NCBI GenBank assembly: GCA_041657425.1
Contig: JBBABY010000004.1
Location: forward strand, 60,001-92,000
Length of the DNA stretch: 32,000 nt
DNA from: an archaeon
GTDB lineage: Archaea > Iainarchaeota > Iainarchaeia > Iainarchaeales > CSSED10-239
Reading direction: 5' to 3'
Position 1 is the first letter of the stretch, and each line of letters opens with the position of its first letter. Position numbers and translations under genes: made by a program. Positions 18,401 through 25,486 of this stretch are shown in pieces. Below the pieces are notes generated by a model. The model had not been told where the DNA came from and ran no database searches. It was given only the letters and a program-made list of their open reading frames with translations.

Positions 18401-21400
18401 CCAACAGAAATATTTAATTGACTAAATTTCTTTTGTTCATTTGTCTTTAATTGGAATCTGTCTTCTGTATTAAATACGCCTTTTGAAACTGGAAGACCGA
18501 AATCTTTATCCCCACTAATTACTGTTAACCATGTGTCTCTTGTATTTGTTTTAGAAAGTGCATTATCTATATCTTTTGGCAAATACATCCTTATATTTTC
18601 TATACTCTTCTTACATTGTTCAGTTTTATTTGCATCAATTGTTACAAAGAAATATGCATTTTCTGCATCAAGTTTTGTTTGGCCTTTTGTTGCAACTGAC
18701 CCGTCAATTGTTATCTTATATCTTCCACAACCATTTATTTTATTATCAATATGTATTACCACTCCGCCAGCTATTGAAAGCCCGCCTGTTGTTGCCCCAA
18801 CATTTGGCCTTACCATAGCCCCTTTTATTGTTGGAAACTTTGTTGCTTCTTTATTGTTTTGAAGCACAGATAAAACTGTATTATCTGATAATGAATCATT
18901 CTGAACATATAATGGAATATTTCTAAACTTTGCTAATTGCTCAGAAGTTAATAACTCTGAAATTGGACAACTGCCATTTATTGCAGAAGTCATAGAACAA
19001 TTTGTTTGATCTACTTCGTCAGCAACTTGTCTTGATGCATTTATTACCATTGTATGCATTTCTTGTATTTTCTCAGCAATGAACTCTGCAGCATTAGAAC
19101 TATCACAATATCCTTCTTGTTTACAATCTGTAACAATTATTGGGAATGTAAAATTTGCAGTTTCGCTATCACTATCTGCTGCTTCTCCACAAATTTTTAC
19201 ACTTACATCTTCTTCTACTCTTTTAAAATCTGCTGTAATATCTGGATTTATTTCTTCAACTTCTAGTGAAAACGAAAGTCTATCAGAAGTTACAACACTT
19301 CCAGGAGTATTGTTTAATGGCGCGCCAATTAATCTTAATGATTGATCTATTTTTGCAGGGAAATATTCCAGAGGTTTTACTTTTAGAATATATGGAACCG
19401 TTTGACCTGAAGCAATAAACCCTGTAGGACTCTGAGGAATCAACCATAATTGAGTATTTTTTCCAAATGCTTGATCATAAAGATTAGGAGAAATATTTGC
19501 ACTAGGGTCAAATGTAATATAACCAACTGGATCAGCACATTGATTTGTAACATTGATTAACTTAGATTTTTCTTCTCCAACTTTTGCATAGATGTATATT
19601 TTCTTTTGATCAACTTTTAAACACCCAGCTGATGAAAATCTAAAGTCTACAGTGAATCTTGCTTCTATTGGTTCCTTAACCCCTTTTGCATCTGCTGTAA
19701 CTTTATAGTAGAGTGTTGCATAAGTTGCTTTATCTACTTTTCCTTCATATCTTATAATTATTTTTTTTGATTGACCAGGTTTTATTTCTTCAAAACTTAT
19801 AGGTTCAATTTTGTCTTGGATATTTGAAGGTAGTTTTTCTTCAAATCTTGAAATCTGTATATTTTTTACTGGATATTTACCATTATTCTTTAATAAAAAC
19901 ATTGTTTGATTTGCAGCAGGCGTTACATCCATTTCTTGAGTTAATGAAACTAAAGATAGTGGAGGAGACACACTAATAGTTTTTGAGAAATCAACTAAAT
20001 CTAAATTAAGTTTTGTGTTCTCTAAAGCATAATATGAGTTTCTCCAGGCAATTTCAAATGCGTAACTCTTTGTTGATTTTCTTTCTTTATTATTTCTTAT
20101 TGTTATTGTATAATCTGTTATTTCTTCATTAGGTTCAATTGTTATTGTTGGAAGATCAATTTCTATATTTTCGTCTTTCTTAATTGTTGTGCCTTTTGCT
20201 TTTAATAATTCTGGAGTGATTATTAATGACTTTGAACAATTATTTACGATTGTCGCAGTTATTTCATTTTCTGAACCTTCACTTATTCCAACATAAGCAT
20301 AGATTGCTAATGGTTTGATTTCTAGACAATCGTTCTTTACTATTCCTCTATAATAATTAATAGTTATCTCTTTAGCTACTTGCTTGTTTCCTACAAAACC
20401 ATAAATGGTTAAAATTGATTTCCCTGTTTTGAAATTTATCTTTGGATCCACTGTTGAAAAGATTTCTATAACTTCTGGAGCGCCAGGATTTAATGCAATT
20501 GGTAATTGTGTTTCTGTTGTTAGTCCAATTACTTTATCTATCTCTGTTATCGTGTATGTTAAATCTTTAACTTGTATGCTTCCTTTGTTAACAAGAGTTA
20601 TCTTCTCTGACTCTTGACTAATGCTTTCTCCAAAACTTATATCTATACTATCTGGTGCGTAGATTAAACCGGTGTCTGCAATTGTTAATTGTTTTGTAAA
20701 TGAAATATAACCTGGAGCACTAACTTCCATATTTGGTTTTGCACTTGAGAAGTTTTGATTAATAATATATTTTCCGTTCTTTCCTGTTTTTGTACTGGAA
20801 ATCGTATCTCCGAACTCGTCTGTTAATTTTACTAATGCATTATTAATTGCAGTTTTGTTATCTGCATCTTGTACATCTATAATTATTGGAGAATTATATG
20901 CAATGATTTCTGGAACTGTAATTATTAGATTTCTCTTTTGTTTTATTTCAAAACTTAATCTTTTTTCTATAACTTTACTATTAAATGTACTTTTTATATC
21001 TAAGTAAGTTATTCCTGTATCTTTTGCTTTAAATAATATATATTGTTTTCTGTTCACGCCTGATTGTATTACAAATACTGAAGAACTTAATTTTGTATCT
21101 TGTGAATCAAGACTAGAGGTTGGAAACAATTCTGTTTCTTGATAACTTATTAAACCAACTATTGGCTTACTATTGTCAGTTTGTGCTTCTATTGTTAGTT
21201 CTCCATTTAACACACTGTAATAACTCAATTCAAGAAGATATAAGTCATCTTTTACTGCAAAGAAACTTTCTTTTGAATAATCAAAATTATCTTTATCTAA
21301 AAATTTGTAATCAACACAAAGATTATTAGAGCACTCTGCTGGACTCTCTAAAATGTTTAAGGATAAATCTTTTGTTTCTGCATATAAGCTTTGTCGTGAA

Positions 21401-23814
21401 GAATTATTTTTTGAAGTTCCAAGTATCGTGTCTTCAGGATCTCTGTATGTTGAACCAGTAACATCACACCATGCTCTATACTTGATTGGCATTGTGCCGA
21501 TTTCACTTGCTTTAACTTTTAACATTACTTGCTTGTTTGTTAATGTACTACTTGGCCAATATAATTCTAACCATTTATTTAATTGATTTGGTTGTCCAAC
21601 ATTATCTGTATCAATTGATTGTTCTCCAGAATTATAAGTTGTAGAATATTTGTAGGTTATTGTGTCTGCTTTAAATCCGGTTATTCCATAAGTCATGTTT
21701 TCAGAATCAGACTCGAAATATTCTCCTGCTCTGAAATGCACTCCGCAACTTTTTGCATCAATTGGGAGTTGTAAATCAAAGACAAGATAGTAATCTGCAT
21801 CTTTACTTAGAACACTTGTTGGATTATTATATATATCTCTTAATTCTATAAATGTAATTACTGGATTATAATCTATAACTGATGGTTTAAGAGCTACTGA
21901 TAATTTTTCGCTATCTCCAACAACTGCAGAAACAATTGTTGTCGCGCCATTTTCATCTGTATATTCTATTAATAAATCCCTATAGCCTTGAGTATTGAAT
22001 GACAATGGAGTTTCATCAAGACAGGTGTCTGAAAGAATCTCTCCAAGTTTTGATTTTACAACAACACATCCGTTGGTTACACCATTTCCATGTAAGTCTT
22101 TTAATTCTAAAGTAACTATCTTTGATGCATCGTTAATTGTTAAAATTACTTTATTGTCCTTAAATGGATCAATAGTTATTTCCTTAGAAGCATTAGCATC
22201 TCCAACAACCCCTACAACATTATATTTTTCTCCTGATTTGGTATAGACTGAAGTAAATCCTGTAAGATCAACTTGAAGTGGGCCTAAGCCTATTGGAACA
22301 AACTTTCCTCCTAATTCTTTGTATACTAAAACATTCGCTTTCGAGATTGGATTATTTACTCCATCATAAACATAAATTGAAAGCTTGTAACTATTATCTG
22401 TAGTAATTTTTTCTAAACTAATTTCTAAATCATTTGATAAAGAAATATTCACATATTGTTGTAAACAAAGATATCCATCTTTACAAGCAGTAACTACATA
22501 TTCTTGATTTTGATCAAGACCATTAAATATTACTTGCCCATCCATTTCTGTGGTTTTAGAAGATAAAAGATTTCCAGTTAAACTGTATAATGAAATGCCT
22601 ACTTGATCTAATGGGCCAACTAAGTTTTCTGTAACTTTAACTTTTAAATCAGAACTTCCTGCAATCATCTTTATAGTAATTGTTTCTTCGCTTTTTAATA
22701 ATCTATATGTTACATTGTACGTATCACTGTCATAAATTCTATAGCCTTCTTTAGTTACTACAAAACGAATTGCTTGCCCAGCATTTAATGTAAATGTAGT
22801 TTTACCTAATTTTGTAATCTCGCTACCAATTATTTCTCCAACAGCATTATAAATGATAACATTACAATCATCAAGTAAATCCCCGTTTTGTGTTGTTGTT
22901 ATTAATATTAATCTTGATTGCGTGCCTGCTAATTGAGCAGTGTTGTCGTATTCTAAATTTATAGTTCTAGTTTCATTAGAACTTGTTAATTTTATTGTTT
23001 GAGTTAATGTTTCATAACCGTCGCTAACAATTGTTAAAGTTATATCTTTTCCTATAGGAACCCCTGTAAAATCAATCTCTCCCAATGTATTTGGTTCTCC
23101 AATCTTTTCTTGAGCTTGACCATTGATTTTATAATCTAATGTTGCTGAGTATTTACTTACAGATTTATTAGTTTGGCTATCTGTAACTATTAATTTTAAA
23201 TTGCCAGTCTCTATTAATTCATTAAATTGTATAACTAATGGACCATCTCCGGAATACATAAATGGTTTCTCATAAACTTGAAATCCTTCTTTTGTTGCTG
23301 TGACTGTATAATCTTTTCCCGGACTTATTGCAATTCTTCTCTTTTCTCCATTACTTATTATTTCATTAAATTTAGCTTTATCATTTAAATCTCTTATTGA
23401 AACTTGCACATAATTTAATTTATTTCCTGAATAATCCATTATGCTAAACTCAACTGTTGTCTTTGTTGCAAAGTTGATTACTAAAAAAATGATTATTGCT
23501 AAAATAATTATTGAAAGACTTGTAACGAAAGCAAAAGAAGGAATTCCTTTATCTTCAAGAAAATCATTTAGTTTGTTTAAGCCTATTCCTTTCTTACCTA
23601 ACCAATCAGAAAATGCAAAATACCTATCTTCCAAACCTCTATAGATTTTGCCAAAAATATTTCCCTCTTGCTGTTTATCCATTTCATTATCTGAAAAATC
23701 ATTATTAACTTCAGAATAATCTTCAATTTCTTGATTATCAGAAATCTCTTGATCTTCTAAATCAGAAAAATCCTCTTTTTTTGTTTTCTTTGGTTTTGCT
23801 TTTTCTTTTGCCAT
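14953..23814 (-). CDS. Giant N-terminally anchored surface protein, paralog A (2953 aa), with a C-terminal papain-fold (NlpC/P60-CHAP-like) domain
   Basis: Uninterrupted 8862-nt ORF, ATG start. A charged/acidic leader of about 54 aa, then IFGKIYRGLEDRYF...DKGIPSF plus a hydrophobic helix (about aa 94-114). Six CarboxypepD_reg/PEGA-like repeats, e.g. LKVKVTENLVGPLDQVGISLYSLTGNLL...DGQVIF...EYVVTACKDGY. Shared central module, two-Cys Ig-like repeats, hydrophobic Gly/Ala/Cys segment, Thr-run linker, helical region, P/T/E linker, and a Cys/His domain. Confidence 0.9.
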   Translation of the reverse strand: MAKEKAKPKKTKKEDFSDLEDQEISDNQEIEDYSEVNNDFSDNEMDKQQEGNIFGKIYRGLEDRYFAFSDWLGKKGIGLNKLNDFLEDKGIPSFAFVTSLSIIILAIIIFLVINFATKTTVEFSIMDYSGNKLNYVQVSIRDLNDKAKFNEIISNGEKRRIAISPGKDYTVTATKEGFQVYEKPFMYSGDGPLVIQFNELIETGNLKLIVTDSQTNKSVSKYSATLDYKINGQAQEKIGEPNTLGEIDFTGVPIGKDITLTIVSDGYETLTQTIKLTSSNETRTINLEYDNTAQLAGTQSRLILITTTQNGDLLDDCNVIIYNAVGEIIGSEITKLGKTTFTLNAGQAIRFVVTKEGYRIYDSDTYNVTYRLLKSEETITIKMIAGSSDLKVKVTENLVGPLDQVGISLYSLTGNLLSSKTTEMDGQVIFNGLDQNQEYVVTACKDGYLCLQQYVNISLSNDLEISLEKITTDNSYKLSIYVYDGVNNPISKANVLVYKELGGKFVPIGLGPLQVDLTGFTSVYTKSGEKYNVVGVVGDANASKEITIDPFKDNKVILTINDASKIVTLELKDLHGNGVTNGCVVVKSKLGEILSDTCLDETPLSFNTQGYRDLLIEYTDENGATTIVSAVVGDSEKLSVALKPSVIDYNPVITFIELRDIYNNPTSVLSKDADYYLVFDLQLPIDAKSCGVHFRAGEYFESDSENMTYGITGFKADTITYKYSTTYNSGEQSIDTDNVGQPNQLNKWLELYWPSSTLTNKQVMLKVKASEIGTMPIKYRAWCDVTGSTYRDPEDTILGTSKNNSSRQSLYAETKDLSLNILESPAECSNNLCVDYKFLDKDNFDYSKESFFAVKDDLYLLELSYYSVLNGELTIEAQTDNSKPIVGLISYQETELFPTSSLDSQDTKLSSSVFVIQSGVNRKQYILFKAKDTGITYLDIKSTFNSKVIEKRLSFEIKQKRNLIITVPEIIAYNSPIIIDVQDADNKTAINNALVKLTDEFGDTISSTKTGKNGKYIINQNFSSAKPNMEVSAPGYISFTKQLTIADTGLIYAPDSIDISFGESISQESEKITLVNKGSIQVKDLTYTITEIDKVIGLTTETQLPIALNPGAPEVIEIFSTVDPKINFKTGKSILTIYGFVGNKQVAKEITINYYRGIVKNDCLEIKPLAIYAYVGISEGSENEITATIVNNCSKSLIITPELLKAKGTTIKKDENIEIDLPTITIEPNEEITDYTITIRNNKERKSTKSYAFEIAWRNSYYALENTKLNLDLVDFSKTISVSPPLSLVSLTQEMDVTPAANQTMFLLKNNGKYPVKNIQISRFEEKLPSNIQDKIEPISFEEIKPGQSKKIIIRYEGKVDKATYATLYYKVTADAKGVKEPIEARFTVDFRFSSAGCLKVDQKKIYIYAKVGEEKSKLINVTNQCADPVGYITFDPSANISPNLYDQAFGKNTQLWLIPQSPTGFIASGQTVPYILKVKPLEYFPAKIDQSLRLIGAPLNNTPGSVVTSDRLSFSLEVEEINPDITADFKRVEEDVSVKICGEAADSDSETANFTFPIIVTDCKQEGYCDSSNAAEFIAEKIQEMHTMVINASRQVADEVDQTNCSMTSAINGSCPISELLTSEQLAKFRNIPLYVQNDSLSDNTVLSVLQNNKEATKFPTIKGAMVRPNVGATTGGLSIAGGVVIHIDNKINGCGRYKITIDGSVATKGQTKLDAENAYFFVTIDANKTEQCKKSIENIRMYLPKDIDNALSKTNTRDTWLTVISGDKDFGLPVSKGVFNTEDRFQLKTNEQKKFSQLNISVGEIAEDKTAIAKLYFKNPGEPKDPQAETINVIINNKFGIPTENEDVNYPSEFINQTAKDIKNIIEGNPADICISKDRNYMLILSFDKDFGALSLKAKTDKLQLLPTSTCTVVTATSAITEQIEIKTQELPGVKTKFNYQGKESENTFSMILEKDKGTDFNICIQGDISEIANWSNKQLVITAESKYSTVGKINSIRKSDTNITLLNYGITPQDLLKQTQKEMEVLGKDKAKTESNFYAYVDWDKAYNKEDKEAYCSTLEKYNKNVGDKLTIFKKPEACDFEKTKSEIKANNDRAAKRAGTFLAGCLTPCALATAGVDTLWNLLPILGQAKIISDIAWNCAPGCGLPAGAMYLEETEIKIPIWEIIKGFTKEITGDVGELIGKVFSPKNVAMVAGPVGASIVENKPAADRIAISDKIMGADLDPITQTTPNPNPTYPTTTKINATGISSTTTTTTKGLTPSTQVLFEGQLNNQYRYLQNYVSQPTGAPYVAPTDIRFAPGVNVATGMSDDAAVRSLFSKITTSGKLDMIKFNALSNAELTEFERIITTGSYDTPGNWITPDKKLFTDRLNQFTKSGGTSTTNIMPKRNFDDLVKATDDSKAALDTHLKTIDAKIKADYPTPPAAGTDQVYDDLITAQTKTTSAITDIDTLKTNMKSGATLKSPTEYQLDDVLTKQITTDAPKINSAIDDVDKLLGTNLAPPSTITTTIPKTLSAETVDDYLREAKGTQKLAEDQLEKSLAAKAKLEKSGWSSSKINKTKKLKILDNEIDAFTKSKEGAENTINSLENIKAGPKNTAGLYDVTDDLVKNIDEVKLSAKGLASAGVTKWTKFGRTTGKIGLDIGVVVLSNYLGNRLLEYSAETGQYNGLAYGADSSMPITEFRNGTWYKVEIDKKTNNFNFKIVNEIPSIAEDNKIVYENNKEIKEILTSEHREELLQGTPPQKTPEDTTEKTDSENPGSTVTDPETPGSAVEVSADLLQIQVNMYNEKEPKLQSYESCKFPKAPAKSACEDVSAISADYCSTFAQQVAEKNYPGIGQYVNGDAWELGKNNKVVWDAKTDSIVDFEKNLVPGAIITIGITKGIDCVKPSHAILYVGKKDGIDYVIHQFGPNIEFEPLNSRFTHDVKINRICEVVIPSSGYALYDDYAIPKVA

Positions 23815-23828
23815 TATTTATCTTTCTT

Positions 23829-23850
23829 TATATTTTTAAAAATATATTTT
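23829..23850 (-). promoter_or_regulatory. A/T box (TTTTTAAAAATATA on the minus strand), possible promoter of giant paralog A
   Basis: Located about 15-31 nt upstream of the ATG at 23814. No SD-like sequence lies between them, which would fit a leaderless or very short-leader mRNA. The background is AT-rich, so specificity is low. Confidence 0.2.
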
Positions 23851-23944
23851 AGTATATATAAATAAAAGAATAATATATTTATATATGTTTATATTTAGAA
23901 AAAGAATATAAAGGTTAACTATTTACTGGACAAAAGTTATTTAT

Positions 23945-23973
23945 AGAAAAAGAGAAAAATAAGAAAAAGAAAA
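23945..23973 (-). terminator. Oligo-T / pyrimidine tract directly after the lemA stop
   Basis: The minus strand reads TTTTCTTTTTCTTATTTTTCTCTTTTTCT immediately after the TAA. This is an archaeal-style intrinsic terminator signal with no convincing hairpin. Confidence 0.35.
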
Positions 23974-24531
23974 TTAGAAAGAAACTTTAACATTCTTCTT
24001 TTCTTCTTGACTTGCTTCTAAGAATGTTTCTTCTTTGAAATTAAATGCGTTAGCAAACATATTGTTTGGTACTGTTTGGATCTTGTTATTATAATCCATA
24101 ACTATATCGTTATAATATTGTCTTGCATAAGCGATTTTGTTTTCAATACCTGAAAGTTCTTCTTGAAGCATTAAGAAATTTTGACTTGCTTTTAAGTCAG
24201 GATAGTTTTCAACAACTACACTTAACAAACCACCAATTGCTTTAGACATTTGATCATTTGTTTTCATTGTTGCTTTTATGTCCTTACTTTGCATTGCTTG
24301 ATTTCTTAATTCTGTAATCTTTGATAAAGTTCCAGCTTCGTGCTTTGCATAGCCTTTAACTGTTTCAACTAAGTTTGGTACTAAATCGTATCTTTTTTTT
24401 AATTGAACATCTATTTGGCTCCAGCCGTTTTTAACTTTATTTCTTGCGATAATTAGAGAATTAAAAATAGTCAATGCGATTATAACAAGTACTGCAATAA
24501 TTCCTAAAATTACCCAAATTGCTATATTCAT
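23974..24531 (-). CDS. lemA: LemA family membrane protein (185 aa)
   Basis: N-terminal TM helix followed by NKVKNGWSQIDVQLKKRYDLVPNLVETVKGYAKHEAGTL, the hallmark LemA core. Strong SD AAAGGTGAT 5-13 nt upstream of the ATG. Confidence 0.85.
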   Translation of the reverse strand: MNIAIWVILGIIAVLVIIALTIFNSLIIARNKVKNGWSQIDVQLKKRYDLVPNLVETVKGYAKHEAGTLSKITELRNQAMQSKDIKATMKTNDQMSKAIGGLLSVVVENYPDLKASQNFLMLQEELSGIENKIAYARQYYNDIVMDYNNKIQTVPNNMFANAFNFKEETFLEASQEEKKNVKVSF

Positions 24532-24580
24532 TTATTAATCACCTTTTTATTTTAATTTCTAGATATATACTGGGTGATTA

Positions 24581-24592
24581 TGTTTATAAATA
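24581..24592 (-). promoter_or_regulatory. TGTTTATAAATA box, candidate lemA promoter
   Basis: Exact 12-mer 50-61 nt upstream of the lemA ATG. The SD GGTGAT lies between the box and the ATG, which fits a leadered transcript starting about 25 nt after the box. Confidence 0.35.
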
Positions 24593-24605
24593 AATTGTTT
24601 ACTTA

Positions 24606-25067
24606 CTAGCTTTCTAATTTTATGAGATTTAAGACGCCCTTGTTTATTCTCTTTATTGCTTTTTTTAAATAGTTATCTGCTTTCTTTTTAGATTTTGTTT
24701 GTTTTAGAATATCTGGGTAATCTAAGAAATCTTCATCTTTGTTAAAACAAATCTCATTAAAGAGAATTGAATCCGTATTAAATTTTTCTTTTAAAAATTT
24801 CTGATGAACCTTTGCCATAGAAATAATTATATCTGAAGAATCTAGAATTTTTCTTGTAACTTTTCTTTGTTTGTGCTTACTGTAATCGATTTTAAATTTA
24901 TCAAGTTCTTCTCTTACAATAGGATGTATCTCTTGCTTTTTAGCAATAATTCCTGCAGAAGCAACTTTTATTTTTATATTTTTTTCTTTTAAGTGTTTTT
25001 TAAGAAAAAGTTCAGCACACATACTCCTAAATACATTTCCTGTACAAACGAAGAGTATTGTTTTCAT
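24606..25067 (-). CDS. Low-molecular-weight protein-tyrosine phosphatase / ArsC-type phosphatase fold
   Basis: MKTILFVCTGNVFRS carries the C-X5-R-S P-loop at the expected N-terminal position. The track ORF extends to 25097, but that first codon is TTG (plus-strand caa at 25095..25097) and adds 10 non-conserved residues. I prefer the ATG at 25067..25065. Confidence 0.8.
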   Translation of the reverse strand: MKTILFVCTGNVFRSMCAELFLKKHLKEKNIKIKVASAGIIAKKQEIHPIVREELDKFKIDYSKHKQRKVTRKILDSSDIIISMAKVHQKFLKEKFNTDSILFNEICFNKDEDFLDYPDILKQTKSKKKADNYLKKAIKRINKGVLNLIKLES

Positions 25068-25098
25068 ATTTTTCCCAATATATACTAAGAAATACAAT

Positions 25099-25476
25099 CT
25101 ACTTATAATATGTATCTAATGATTTTTTAATTAATTCAATATCATGATTTTCTTGATGATTCTTTAGATAAATATCTATAAAAAGAATTTCTTTTCTTTC
25201 TTTTGATAAATGCCAAATTACTCTCGCGCTATAATCTTTATCATCAGATATTCTCATTCGTGATTTGATTGCAATAAATTTAGAATACTTCTCTCCAAGT
25301 TGTACCCTCTCGTTTCTTTTTGGAGACTCTTTTAATAGTTCTTCTTTTCTTGTTAAAATCGTTTGCTTAATTATTTCAAAATCTTTCACTAAACATCTAG
25401 AATGTTTCTTTAAAACCTTATCAAACTTATGTTCAAAATTAGAAGCATTTTTAGCAACACAATCAATTGATTCCAT
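25099..25476 (-). CDS. Putative toxin partner of the Panacea-domain protein, possibly RelE/ParE-like (125 aa)
   Basis: ATG lies 10 nt after the stop of the upstream DUF4065 gene. The C-terminal half, FIAIKSRMRISDDKDYSARVIWHLSKERKEILFIDIYLKNHQEN, resembles the RelE/ParE beta-sheet core pattern (xRxR...YRvIY...v.ll.I..K). The family assignment is weak. Confidence 0.4.
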   Translation of the reverse strand: MESIDCVAKNASNFEHKFDKVLKKHSRCLVKDFEIIKQTILTRKEELLKESPKRNERVQLGEKYSKFIAIKSRMRISDDKDYSARVIWHLSKERKEILFIDIYLKNHQENHDIELIKKSLDTYYK

Positions 25477-25486
25477 TGCTAATAAC

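Noticed and set aside
23815-23973. 159-nt AT-rich intergenic region, together with those at 5931..6058 and 13013..13158, considered as possible small RNA genes or mobile-element ends.
   Set aside because: No stable stem-loops, tRNA-like structure, or inverted or direct terminal repeats were found by eye. The content is consistent with terminator plus promoter sequence in an AT-rich genome.
25068-25097. Longer version of the phosphatase ORF starting at 25097.
   Set aside because: The first codon there is TTG, and the extra residues (MYFLVYIGKN) precede the conserved MKTILFVCTGN start of LMW phosphatases. The ATG at 25067 is preferred. The extension remains possible.
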